A DNA stretch of 64,000 nt from the NCBI GenBank assembly GCA_035631715.1, contig DASQIF010000042.1, forward strand, positions 1,582 through 65,581. The letters run 5' to 3'. The notes under the pieces were generated by a model. That model was not told the DNA's origin and did no database searches. It was given only the letters and a program-made list of their open reading frames with translations. The position numbers were made by a program, and so were the translations under genes. Position 1 is the stretch's first letter; every line of letters begins with the position of its first letter. This document shows positions 27,544 to 39,656 of the stretch, in pieces. Source of the stretch: Candidatus Acidiferrales bacterium. Lineage in GTDB: Bacteria; Chloroflexota; Limnocylindria; P2-11E.

Positions 27544-27795
27544 ATGGCGACACAGCAGGAGCTGGAGCAGCGCATCGCGGACCTCGAGAAACGGATCGCC
27601 GAGCTTCAGGCGGAGGCGACGCCGGGCGGCCTGTTCGCGCTCATGGATCAGCTCTTCCCGCCCGAGACGCGGGCGCACCTGCGTGCGGCGCGGAAGGAGC
27701 AGCTCCTCGCGTTCCGTTCGCTCCTCGACAAGTGGATCGCGCGGGTCGACGAGGAGAAGGCGCCTCCGAAGCGAGAGGCCATCCGGATCGAGTGA
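27544..27795 (+). CDS. Small coiled-coil protein coupled to the ArsA-like ATPase
   Basis: It starts 2 nt after the ArsA stop, with a purine-rich GGAAAGGAAA upstream. The protein is heptad-rich (QQELEQRIADLEKRIAELQAE). Confidence 0.5.
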   Translation: MATQQELEQRIADLEKRIAELQAEATPGGLFALMDQLFPPETRAHLRAARKEQLLAFRSLLDKWIARVDEEKAPPKREAIRIE

Positions 27796-27808
27796 GCGTT
27801 CGCGCCGT

Positions 27809-28465
27809 CTAACCCAGGTGCTGCAGCGCCTCCCGCCCGATGAGCGCGAGCTGCAGCGCGAGACGGTCGTTCGCATCTGACAGGTCCGCGCCGGTGAGCT
27901 GCGCGATGCGCCGAAGGCGCTGGCGCACCGTGTTGCGGTGCAGGAAGAGGTCGCGCGCGACCGCGTTCACGCTGCCGTGCAGCCGGATGAACGCGTCGAG
28001 CGTCTTGATGAGATCCGCGTAGCGCTCCTCGTCCTCGGCGAGCTCGCCGAGGGCGCGCGTCGACTGCGCCTCGATGTCGGTCTCGGGCTGACCCAGCACG
28101 AACCGGAACTTGCCGAGATCGTCGAAGTGCGTCGTCTTCCCGGACCCGCCGTTGCGGTGCTCGAGCGCGACGGCCTGCTCGGCCTGGAGGAGCGCGAGGT
28201 GGGCGCCGGTGGTGCCGCGCTTCGGCCCGCTCACGGCGACGGTGATGTCCGGATCCGAGGCCTCCTCGGACACGATGGCGCGCAGCCGCTCCCCCTCGCC
28301 GCGGGGATCGACGTCCTCGTCGACCTCGTAGACCGCGGCGACGACGTCGCCGCGCGTCCGGACGACCTTCGCGCCTTCCGGCGCGGCCTCGGTCACGGCC
28401 GGTTTCAGGTGCCCGTTCGCGCTCCGGCTTGCGAACGCCACCGCGAGGTATCTGGTCTCCGACAT
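27809..28465 (-). CDS. PucR/CdaR-family transcriptional regulator (C-terminal HTH_30)
   Basis: The ATG at 28465 is preceded by a GGGAGGTG SD. The C-terminus carries a PucR-type HTH (ERYADLIKTLDAFIRLHGSVNAVARDLFLHRNTVRQRLRRI). Confidence 0.7.
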   Translation of the reverse strand: MSETRYLAVAFASRSANGHLKPAVTEAAPEGAKVVRTRGDVVAAVYEVDEDVDPRGEGERLRAIVSEEASDPDITVAVSGPKRGTTGAHLALLQAEQAVALEHRNGGSGKTTHFDDLGKFRFVLGQPETDIEAQSTRALGELAEDEERYADLIKTLDAFIRLHGSVNAVARDLFLHRNTVRQRLRRIAQLTGADLSDANDRLALQLALIGREALQHLG

Positions 28466-28511
28466 TGCCACACCTCCCAGGTCTCCAGAACGCCAAGGCT
28501 CCAAGAACGAG

Positions 28512-28536
28512 AAAGGCCTCCCTGTTGGGAGGCCTT
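28512..28536. promoter_or_regulatory. Perfect 10-bp inverted repeat / hairpin (AAGGCCTCCCtgttGGGAGGCCTT) in the divergent PucR/IDH-like intergenic region
   Basis: It is seen directly in the sequence. It lies between the PucR start (28465, minus) and the IDH-like start (28723, plus) and has no trailing T-run. Confidence 0.35.
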
Positions 28537-28722
28537 CATTCCTGCGGTTTGTACGGACGAGTGCTGCTAGTGGATGAAGCCTCCCATGGAAGTGCCCGCC
28601 GCACAGACGCAGGTGCAGCGAGCGAGGGACATGGCCATCCGATACGAGCAGCGCGTCATCTGTCGCAAGCATACGAGCGAGCAGCACGCCGTCAACGCTT
28701 CTGCGAGGATTGCCCTAGTTCG

Positions 28723-29774
28723 ATGTCGCGCTCTCACACGATCGCCGTCATCAGCGGTGACGGCATCGGCCCCGAGGTCACCACCGCCGCGCTCCGCGTG
28801 CTCGACGCGGCCGAGCGGCGGTTCAACTTTTCCACATCGCGCGAGGAATACGCCTGGTCATCGGCGCGTTACGTGGAGTTCGGCGAGCGCATCGGGTCGA
28901 AAGAGATCGACGGCCTCCGCCGCTTCGACGCCATCCTCTTCGGCGCGATCGGCGATCCGCGCGCGCCGCGCGGTGTCGTGGAACGGGCGGTCATCCTCGG
29001 GATGCGCAGGCAGCTCGACCTCTTCGTGAACCTCAGACCGATCGTGGCGTACGACGACCGCCTGGTGCCGCTGAAGAACAAGCCCGCATCGAGCGTCGAC
29101 ATGATCGTGGTGCGCGAGAACACCGAGGACGTGTACACGCAGACCGGCGCGATCACCGGCACCGGCAAGGATCAGGTCGCGGAGGTGCCGATGCGCTTCA
29201 CGCGTCCGGGCATCGAGCGCGTGGTCAGGTACGCGTTCGACCTCGCGCGTTCGCGCAAGCGGAAGCGCCTCACCCTCGTCGACAAGTCCAACGCCATCCA
29301 GGTGCAGCAGCTGTGGCGCGACATCTTCGACGAGATCGGTCGCGACTACGCCGACGTCGAGAAGGACGCGATGTACGTCGACGCGGCGTGCATGTGGATG
29401 CTGCAGAAGCCCGAGCAGTTCGACACCATCGTCACCACGAACCTCTTCGGCGACATCATCACCGACCTCGGCGCGGCGCTCTGCGGCGGCCTCGGCGTCG
29501 CCGCCTCGGGGAACATCCACCCCGGCAAGACGTCGATGTTCGAGCCGATCCACGGCTCCGCGCCGAAGTACACCGGGCAGAACGTCGCGTCGCCCATCGG
29601 CGCGATCGGCGCGCTGGCCATGCTCTTGCGACACGTCGGAGAGCGCGAGGCCGGTGACGCGATCGAACGCGCCGTCGCGAGCGGCCTGCGCAGCGGGCGG
29701 GTCAAGGGCGTGGAGGCCGGCATGCAGAAGACCGACGAGGTCGCGCGGATCATCAGCGAGGCCGTCGCCGCCGC

Positions 29775-29778
<4 letters not shown>
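28723..29778 (+). CDS. Isocitrate/isopropylmalate dehydrogenase-family enzyme (tartrate dehydrogenase/decarboxylase or 3-IPM dehydrogenase-like)
   Basis: It has the motifs IAVISGDGIGPEV, NLFGDIITDLGAALCGGLG and HGSAPKYTGQN. Confidence 0.85.
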
Positions 29779-32746
<2,968 letters not shown>

Positions 32747-32757
32747 GTGGCGGCTCG

Positions 32758-33273
32758 GTGATCCTGCCCAAGAAGCGCGATCCGCGGTTCATCACCATCC
32801 GTCGCGGCGGCACGCTGACGGACTCCGATCATCGGCTCCTGGCGGAGTGGGCCGCGCAGTGCGCCGAGCATGTGCTGCCGCTCTTCGAAGCGGTGCGGCC
32901 TCGGGATCGGCGGCCCCGCCGCGCCCTGGACCTGCTCCGCGCGTGGACGCGGGGCGATGTCACGATGACCGAGTCGCGCGCAGCCGCCGGTCACGCCAAC
33001 GCCGCGGCGCGAGATCTGTCCGGAGCGGCAAGACACGCGGCGTACGCGGCCGGCCAGGCCGCCGCCGTCGCGCACGTCGCGGCGCACGAGCTCGGCGCCG
33101 CGGCCTACGCGATCAAAGCGGTGCGGGCTGCCGCGCCGGAGGGCGAGGCCGATCGCGCCGGTCGGCGCGAGTTCCGCTGGCAGCGGTCGCGGCTGCCGAA
33201 GGCCATTCGCGCGCTCGTACTGGATGACGAGCGCCTCCGCAACGAGATCTGCTGGTCGGTGTTCGTGGTCTAA
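32758..33273 (+). CDS. Imm-5-like putative immunity-protein-family protein (all-alpha)
   Basis: The pattern LLAEWAAQCAEHVLPLFE...RPRRALDLLRAWTRGD matches my recollection of the Imm-5-like family, which is often mis-annotated as 'exonuclease SbcC' in actinomycetes. The assignment is from memory. Confidence 0.45.
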   Translation: MILPKKRDPRFITIRRGGTLTDSDHRLLAEWAAQCAEHVLPLFEAVRPRDRRPRRALDLLRAWTRGDVTMTESRAAAGHANAAARDLSGAARHAAYAAGQAAAVAHVAAHELGAAAYAIKAVRAAAPEGEADRAGRREFRWQRSRLPKAIRALVLDDERLRNEICWSVFVV

Positions 33274-33275
33274 AG

Positions 33276-33887
33276 ATGGCGAGTGATCGCGGCGCCAACA
33301 TGAGGGTCAGGCGGGGCTCCTGGCTCGCGAGCATCATCCTGGTCGGCGGCACGGCCACGCTCCAGCATGAGGCGGGACACTGGCTCGGCTTCGAGCTCTC
33401 CGGCATCCCTGCACGTATCTCGTTCAACCACACGTATTACCTGGACCACTGGGCTCCGTCACTCGCCGGGGACATCGGTGGACCGCTCGCGACGCTCCTG
33501 CTGTCGTACTGCGGCCTCGTGCTGATCGGCGTTGCCGCCTTTCGTGAGTTCGGTGCGGCGCTGGCTATCGGTCACGCCACGTCACGGCTCCTCGCCTACA
33601 TCGTCATCGTTCTCACCGGATCGATCCGTTGGAACGACGAGGGCGTCGCGGCGCTCTATCTTGGCTGGCCAGACTGGACGTTCGTCCTGCTGCTCGCGCC
33701 GCTGTTCATCCTGGCGCTTGGGCTGAGCTGGCGACGTCTCTCAGGTTCGCGACTCCAGCGCGCCAAGACATTCGCCGCTGTGATTCTCGCCGTGGCCGTG
33801 CTCGGCGGCGTTGAGACGGAGATCCTCGATCCGCGTCTGTTCCCGGATGCCCCCCGGCGCGAACTCGTGCTGCCCGCGCCGCAATAG
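33276..33887 (+). CDS. Multi-TM membrane protein with an HExxH zinc-binding motif (S2P/M50-like or DUF3267-like putative metalloprotease)
   Basis: It starts 3 nt after the previous stop. HEAGHW lies within a TM helix, and a later GDIGGP may correspond to the LDG motif of site-2 proteases. Confidence 0.5.
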   Translation: MASDRGANMRVRRGSWLASIILVGGTATLQHEAGHWLGFELSGIPARISFNHTYYLDHWAPSLAGDIGGPLATLLLSYCGLVLIGVAAFREFGAALAIGHATSRLLAYIVIVLTGSIRWNDEGVAALYLGWPDWTFVLLLAPLFILALGLSWRRLSGSRLQRAKTFAAVILAVAVLGGVETEILDPRLFPDAPRRELVLPAPQ

Positions 33888-33939
33888 ACCCACGCCTGAT
33901 CGTCACACGCTCATCGGGCAGCCGAAGTCGTCAGGCGCA

Positions 33940-34473
33940 TCAAGGTGAGCCCGGCGGAGCCAGCGCGGTTCGATAGCGGACCTCGTGCAGCACGACGTCG
34001 CCGCGAGTCTCCGACTTCGTGCCACCGTCCGGCTGCCAGCCGGCGACCTCGTAGAACCTACGCGCACGAGCGTTTGTTTCGAGCACCCAGAGCACCGCCG
34101 TGGAGTAGCCCGCCTCACGGAGGACTTGCGCGGCGCGTTCGAATAACTGCCGTCCGATCCCTTGGCGCCAGCCGCGCGGATGCACGTAGATCGCATAGAC
34201 CTGTCCGACATACGGATCGGCGTCATCTCCTTCGCTTGGGCCGCAGGTCGCGAAACCAACGATGCCCTCGGCGTCCTCGGCGACGAACTGCGTCCACCGT
34301 CGATCAGCAGCGCTTGCGATCATTCGCTCCCACCATGCGGTGCGCTGCTCCAATTGGCTGCTCATGCCGTCGAGGAACTCGTCGGGGAGCTGTTGCTTAT
34401 AGGCCGCCTGCCACGTCTCGATGTGCACCCGCGCGAGGCCCGCACCGTCGCCGGGCCGAGCCGTCCGTATCAC
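33940..34473 (-). CDS. GNAT-family N-acetyltransferase
   Basis: The GTG at 34473 is preceded by a GAGGTGG SD. The acetyl-CoA-binding motif is RGWRQGIGRQLFE. Confidence 0.8.
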   Translation of the reverse strand: MIRTARPGDGAGLARVHIETWQAAYKQQLPDEFLDGMSSQLEQRTAWWERMIASAADRRWTQFVAEDAEGIVGFATCGPSEGDDADPYVGQVYAIYVHPRGWRQGIGRQLFERAAQVLREAGYSTAVLWVLETNARARRFYEVAGWQPDGGTKSETRGDVVLHEVRYRTALAPPGSP

Positions 34474-34532
34474 CGCCGCCACCTCGCGAGTATCGCCGTG
34501 GGAGGCGGCAAGCGGCCCGAGAGTGTCCGGGG

Positions 34533-34919
34533 TTACTCGGTCGGCTTCTTGACGACGGTCTTCGAACGCCAGGCGCACCACGAACGGACGATCTTCTCGA
34601 TCTCGGCCTCGGCCTTGTTGGCTTCAGCGATCGTCGCGATCTTCATCACCCGAGATGTCGCTCCGGTGCCCTCGAGCCGCGGGTACGTCCCGGGGATCTT
34701 CGCGCCGGTGTGGAACATGAGACTCGCGTGGTCCTTGCTTTTCGGATAGAAGCTCGCGAGGTTGCCGTTGTACGTGAAGGTCGGCGCTTGCCACTTGATC
34801 GACTCCTCGATACGCGGATCCGCCGCGAGCACGATCTCGCGGATGCGCATGACGACGTCCTTCTTCGGATTGTCGTAGCGCTTGAACCAGGCATCGACTT
34901 CCTTCGATCGTTTGCCCAT
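34533..34919 (-). CDS. DUF1801 (YdhG-like) domain protein
   Basis: It has the family-typical motifs WFKRYDNP and IKWQAPTFTY. Confidence 0.7.
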   Translation of the reverse strand: MGKRSKEVDAWFKRYDNPKKDVVMRIREIVLAADPRIEESIKWQAPTFTYNGNLASFYPKSKDHASLMFHTGAKIPGTYPRLEGTGATSRVMKIATIAEANKAEAEIEKIVRSWCAWRSKTVVKKPTE

Positions 34920-34970
34920 CTCCGGTAGCCACCCTACGCCTCGCCGCCGAACGACGCAGCCCGCGTCGAT

Positions 34971-35879
34971 CTAGAGGAGCTCGACGAACATCGCCCACTG
35001 GTCCTCAAGGTCGTCGATGCTCTCGGCCGGAAATGCAAGGGAGGCACACTCGTCGACGCCGAGGGCTTCGAGCCGCGCGATCTTCTCGCGGATCACGTCG
35101 GGCGAGCCCACCAGATTCGACGCGGTCATGAGCGATTGATCGCGACCGGTCGTGTCGCTGGTGAGACGATGACGAACGAAGCGACTCGATTCGTAGCGCC
35201 GCACCGCGTCCTCATGCCGTGGCGCGATCGTCGCGCTGAGCTCGGGCGCGATGGCGAAAGCGCGCGCGTCGCGCCCGTGTGCCGCCAGCTCACGCCGGAG
35301 CAAGTCGATGCGTTCGGTGAGCACATCGAAGGGCTGCCAGCCCGGCATCCAGCCGTCGCCCTCACGCGCGGCACGCGTCACCGCCGCGGTGCCGTGCCCG
35401 CCGACATAGATAGGAATACGCGCGTCGCCGAGGTGCGCGCGAAGCGCGGCGAGCGTCTCGGCGAAGAGCTCGGCGCGCGGCCGGCCGACGGCCTCGGGAC
35501 GGGTCTCGGCCAGCTCCTCGGGATACGCGCCCAGACCGAGGCCGAGCACGAAACGTCCGCCGGAGAGCGCCGCGAGGGTGGCGGCCTGGCGCGCGAGCAG
35601 GACCGGCTCGCGCAGCAGCAGCGCAAGCACGGCCGTCCCGAGGCGCACTCGCTGCGTGACGGACGCCACGGACGCGAGCGTGACCATCGCCTCGTAGAAG
35701 TGCGGCGACTCGCCGCGCAGAAACGCCGGCGTCACGAGGTGGTCGTTCGCCCAGAGGCCGTCGAACCCGAGGCGTTCAGCGGTGCGCGCGAGACGATGGA
35801 GCGACGACGGGTCGCGCACCATGCCGACCGGATAGCCCAGACCCTCATACGCGGTCGGCAGCGCGACGCTGAAGCGCAT
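34971..35879 (-). CDS. LLM-class F420-dependent oxidoreductase (Rv2161c-like subfamily)
   Basis: It has luciferase-like motifs (FDGLWANDH, RVRLGTAVLAL, GRFVLGLGLG). It is the last gene of the long minus-strand cluster. Confidence 0.8.
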   Translation of the reverse strand: MRFSVALPTAYEGLGYPVGMVRDPSSLHRLARTAERLGFDGLWANDHLVTPAFLRGESPHFYEAMVTLASVASVTQRVRLGTAVLALLLREPVLLARQAATLAALSGGRFVLGLGLGAYPEELAETRPEAVGRPRAELFAETLAALRAHLGDARIPIYVGGHGTAAVTRAAREGDGWMPGWQPFDVLTERIDLLRRELAAHGRDARAFAIAPELSATIAPRHEDAVRRYESSRFVRHRLTSDTTGRDQSLMTASNLVGSPDVIREKIARLEALGVDECASLAFPAESIDDLEDQWAMFVELL

Positions 35880-35883
35880 CGCG

Positions 35884-37338
35884 CTACGCGCCGCGAGTGA
35901 AACCGATGGGCAGCGCGCGCACCTTCGCCTCGAGACGCTCGAGCGTCGGCGCGAGCTCGGCGAAGCGCGCAGCGCGCGCCGGGAGCGTGGACCAGATGCC
36001 GTCGACCAGGCGCTGCGCGTCGGCGAGCAAAGCCGGAGCGTCGACGCTCTTCACCTTTCCGCCCGCGACCACGACGGCGCCGTCGATGATGACCGTGTCC
36101 ACCGAGCGGCCGACCTCGGCGTAGACGAGCTGATTCGCGATCTGCTCCTTCGGGCCGAGACGCAGCTCACCGGCGCGCAGCAGCGCCAGATCGGCGCGGT
36201 AGCCGGGCGCGATTCGGCCGATCTTCTGGCGCATCGCGCGCGCGCCGCCGTCCCACATCATGCGCAGCGCGTCCATCGCGGTCGGCCACTCCGACTGCGG
36301 GCGGTGCGGCCGCTGCAGGATCGCGGCTGACTTCAGCGTCTCGAACATGTTCTGGCTGTCGCTGCTCGAGGCGCCGTCCGTGCCCAGACCGACATGCACG
36401 CCGGTGCGCAGCATGTCGGGGATCGGCGCCACGCCGGCACCGAGCTTCTGGTTGCTCATCGGGTTGTGCACGACGTTGCCGCCGAGCTCGCCCAGACGCC
36501 GGACCTCGGCATCGTCGAGCCAGATCGCGTGCGCGAACGAGGTCCACTCGGCGATGCCGCCGATGCGCTCGAGGAACGCGACGGTCGATCCGCCGTAGCG
36601 CTCCTTTGCGAGCGGCACCTGCGACTTCGCGGACAGCAGATGCGTGTGCAAGGCCACACCGCGCCGCTTGGCGAGGTCGACGGACGCCTCGAACAGCTCG
36701 GTCGAGCAGCGTGGCAGCGACGACGGGCCGAGCAACGGGCGAAGCCGCGGGTGGCGTGTCGCCCATCGCTCGAGGAACGGCTCGAGCCGCGAGAGCAGCT
36801 CGGGGACCTTCGCCGTGCGTGGCCGTTCCGTGGCCTCGCCGATGAGCGACATCGGGAGCGAATCGAAGAACTCGAGATCGCTGTACTGCGCGGCGACGTT
36901 CGCGCGCATCCCCGAGTCGGCGTACGCGCCCATGATCTCGTCCATGCCCTCGTCGAACCAGCGCTGATCGCAGCGCGGGCAGTCGAGGACGCTGGTCGTC
37001 CCGGTGGCGATCATCTCGAGCGCGCCGACCATCGTCGAGAGATAGAGGTCCTTCGGCTTGAGGGTCGCTCCCGCGCCGCCGTACGAGGCGACGACCATCC
37101 ACGTGTCGAGCGGCAGCGCGTCGCACAGGCCCTTCTCGATGGACTGGTTCGAGTGCGTGTGCGCGTTGATGAGTCCGGGCATGACGATCGTCCCGGCGGC
37201 GTCGACGACCGCCGCGCCGCGCGCATCCAGATCCCGGCCGACCGCCACGATCGCGCCGTCGTCGACGAGCACGTCTGCAATCTCGAACGGCCGCTCCAGA
37301 TCGAAGACGTGACCGCCGCGGATCAGCGTCTTAGCCAT
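35884..37338 (-). CDS. Amidohydrolase (TRZ/ATZ, guanine/aminohydrolase, MtaD-like family)
   Basis: It has the motifs PGLINAHTHS, HTHL and GLGTDGASSSD. It is 4 nt from the next gene. Confidence 0.85.
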   Translation of the reverse strand: MAKTLIRGGHVFDLERPFEIADVLVDDGAIVAVGRDLDARGAAVVDAAGTIVMPGLINAHTHSNQSIEKGLCDALPLDTWMVVASYGGAGATLKPKDLYLSTMVGALEMIATGTTSVLDCPRCDQRWFDEGMDEIMGAYADSGMRANVAAQYSDLEFFDSLPMSLIGEATERPRTAKVPELLSRLEPFLERWATRHPRLRPLLGPSSLPRCSTELFEASVDLAKRRGVALHTHLLSAKSQVPLAKERYGGSTVAFLERIGGIAEWTSFAHAIWLDDAEVRRLGELGGNVVHNPMSNQKLGAGVAPIPDMLRTGVHVGLGTDGASSSDSQNMFETLKSAAILQRPHRPQSEWPTAMDALRMMWDGGARAMRQKIGRIAPGYRADLALLRAGELRLGPKEQIANQLVYAEVGRSVDTVIIDGAVVVAGGKVKSVDAPALLADAQRLVDGIWSTLPARAARFAELAPTLERLEAKVRALPIGFTRGA

Positions 37339-37912
37339 GCAGCCGCTTCTGGAACGCCGCGCGATCCTGGTACTGCGTCGTCGGGCCGGGATCTGCCGGA
37401 TACGGCGACGCCTCGGGATCGACGTGGAGCGCGAGAAGGCCGAGGGACGGCGGCTCGCCGTCGCGCTGGAGGAGCGCGGGGACGAGCTTGTCGAGCTGCG
37501 CCTCGTCGTGCGCTTCGCCGGTCCACGGGAACCCCGCCGCGCCGGCGATCTGCGTGTACGACACGCGGCCGGCGTTCGGGAGCGGCTGACCGCCGCCCGT
37601 CTCGTAGCGGTCGTTGATGAACACGGCGATGCGCAGGTTGGACGGCGCGGCGCCGGCCAGCGTCACGAGCGCGCCGAGGTTCATGGTGAGGTCGCCGTCG
37701 CCCTCGAGCAGGACGATGCGGCGACGCGGCTGCGCCAGCGCGAGTCCGAGCGCCAGCGCGGGCGCGGTGCCCATCGGGTCGGAGCCGTTGTACGTGAGCT
37801 GCGGCGCGCCCGCCTCGGCCCACGCGCGACGCGTCGAGCCGAGCCCGCAGACGACGATGTCGTCCGGCGCGAGGTGCTTCTTGAACGTGGCGGCTGCGGC
37901 GGCGCGGCGCAT
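37331..37912 (-). CDS. comE: Sulfopyruvate decarboxylase beta-subunit-like TPP enzyme (ComE-like, TPP-binding C-terminal half)
   Basis: It has the TPP motif LEGDGDLTMNLGAL. Its start is joined to the alpha subunit by a TGATG overlap. Confidence 0.75.
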   Translation of the reverse strand: MRRAAAAATFKKHLAPDDIVVCGLGSTRRAWAEAGAPQLTYNGSDPMGTAPALALGLALAQPRRRIVLLEGDGDLTMNLGALVTLAGAAPSNLRIAVFINDRYETGGGQPLPNAGRVSYTQIAGAAGFPWTGEAHDEAQLDKLVPALLQRDGEPPSLGLLALHVDPEASPYPADPGPTTQYQDRAAFQKRLHG

Positions 37913-38424
37913 CAGCCCGCCGCCGGGAAGAGCGCGGAGTGTCGCAGCAGCAGCACCATGGGCTTCTCGCGCGCTTCATCGACCGCGCTCGCGATCGTGT
38001 CGAGCTCGTCGGCGCGCGTGAGGACGCGATACGGGATGCGCAGACCCGCGAGCACGCCCTCGGTCACCAGACCCTTGTACTTCTGGTAGTGGAAGCGGTC
38101 GTCCTCGAGCCCGCGGTAGACGGCGAGGACGAGGAACCCGAGCTGATGGTTGTGCGCGTAGCCAGCCAGCGCGTTCGCCGACAGGAGCACGCCGGCGTTC
38201 TGGCACACCACCGCGGCGCGCTTGCCGCCCAGTGCGCAACCCGCGGCGATGCCGACGGCGTCGTCCTCTCGGCCGACGCGGATGTGGCGGATCTTCGGCT
38301 CGGCATCGATGCGCGCGAGCACCGGCGCGAGCCACGAGTCGGGCAGGCTCGCCGCGACCTCGACCTTCGCGGCGACGAGCGCCTTCACGACGCGCTCGGC
38401 GCTCGCGGCACCGGGCTCGCTCAC
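37912..38424 (-). CDS. comD: Sulfopyruvate decarboxylase alpha-subunit-like TPP enzyme (ComD-like, N-terminal pyrimidine-binding half)
   Basis: The GTG at 38424 is preceded by a GGGAGG SD. It matches the TPP_enzyme_N pattern (GREDDAVGIAAGCALGGKRAAVVCQNAG). Confidence 0.75.
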   Translation of the reverse strand: MSEPGAASAERVVKALVAAKVEVAASLPDSWLAPVLARIDAEPKIRHIRVGREDDAVGIAAGCALGGKRAAVVCQNAGVLLSANALAGYAHNHQLGFLVLAVYRGLEDDRFHYQKYKGLVTEGVLAGLRIPYRVLTRADELDTIASAVDEAREKPMVLLLRHSALFPAAG

Positions 38425-39656
38425 GCTGCCTCCCGGAAGAAACGGACCGCGGTGTCGGCGTACGCGCGCGCCGCCTGCACCAGATCGTCGAGCGACACGC
38501 TCTCGATGCGCGGGTCGTCGGCGCCCCGCGTGACCTGCGGACCCATGCGCGCGGTCGGGATGCCGCGCGCGAGCAGCAGCGCGCCGTCGGTGGCGCCGCT
38601 CCACGCGGTCACCGGCGCGAGGTCGCCGAACGCGTCGCGCCATGCGGCCGTCGCGTGGCGCACGATCGCGCTTTGGTCGTCAGTCGCGCCGCCGGGCCCG
38701 TACGCGTACACGTCGACGCTGACACGCGGTGAGCGGGGCAACGCGGCCGCGACCGGCGCGAGCGCGGAGGCGAGCTCGCGCGCGACCTGCTGCGCGTCGG
38801 CGTCGGGCAGCAGCACGGCGTAGAGGAACAGCTCGAGCGAGCCGGGGAGCAGATCGGGCTTCTCGGGGCTGCCCGAGCGGATCGCGCCGATCGCGATCTC
38901 GGGCGCGAGCTGCCCGCGTGCGGGATGCGCGGCGAGATACCGCGCGCGCCAGTCCTCGATCGCGCCGATGACCGTGTCGGCGTGGCGCGCGAGCCCGCCG
39001 TCGGGAGCGACGACACGGCGCGCGAGCGCGGCGTCCCACCGGTCGTGCAGGGCGACGCGCAGGTACGCCGCGGCCGGCTCCTCGCGCAGCACGCCTCGTG
39101 GCCCGGCCTTCACGTTCAGCACCGCGTCGGGCTTCCAACCGGCATCGAGCGCGTGCGCGACGCCGCGGCCGAACGCGCTCATCGCCGTGTCCGGATCGGC
39201 GCGGTGCGTACCCGTCGCCGCGAGCAGGAGCGTGAGGCGATGCGGGATCTTCGCGCCGCGCAGCGCGCGCGCGGCCGCGATGAACGCGGCGATGCCGGCG
39301 GCGGTCGGCGCCTTCGCCACACCGACGCCGAAGCCGCGCACGGCGCGGCCGCGTACCTCGAACGGCGCGGGCGGCGCGTCGGTGCCGGTGATGCCGCGGT
39401 CACGACGCGCGTCGCCGGTGAGGCTCGTGTCGAGGTGTCCGTAGATGGCGAGCTCGCGTGGCGCCTGGCCGGATGACGCGCGCGCGAACACGTTGGCGCT
39501 GCGCTCGTCGATCGCGTCGACGTCCCACGCCGCGTCGGGTGCGGCGACGCGGCCCCAGCGCACCACGGCCTCCGCGAGCTCGCGCTCCGCGCCGTGCGGG
39601 CTCGCGACGCTCAGCAGGACCTTGAGCGGCTCGAGGACATCGGCGTCGCCGATCAC
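38421..39656 (-). CDS. M20/M25/M40-family metallopeptidase/deacylase (ArgE/DapE-like)
   Basis: It has the motif IYGHLDT. The chosen GTG start at 39656 overlaps the upstream stop as GTGA, and its own stop overlaps the comD start. Confidence 0.65.
   Translation of the reverse strand: MIGDADVLEPLKVLLSVASPHGAERELAEAVVRWGRVAAPDAAWDVDAIDERSANVFARASSGQAPRELAIYGHLDTSLTGDARRDRGITGTDAPPAPFEVRGRAVRGFGVGVAKAPTAAGIAAFIAAARALRGAKIPHRLTLLLAATGTHRADPDTAMSAFGRGVAHALDAGWKPDAVLNVKAGPRGVLREEPAAAYLRVALHDRWDAALARRVVAPDGGLARHADTVIGAIEDWRARYLAAHPARGQLAPEIAIGAIRSGSPEKPDLLPGSLELFLYAVLLPDADAQQVARELASALAPVAAALPRSPRVSVDVYAYGPGGATDDQSAIVRHATAAWRDAFGDLAPVTAWSGATDGALLLARGIPTARMGPQVTRGADDPRIESVSLDDLVQAARAYADTAVRFFREAA

Noticed and set aside
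28574-29029. Upstream or overlapping ORF (151 aa) starting MKPPMEVPAAQ in the leader of the dehydrogenase gene
   Set aside because: It overlaps the well-supported dehydrogenase CDS in another frame over most of its length. It has Arg/Ser-rich low-complexity composition and no motif.
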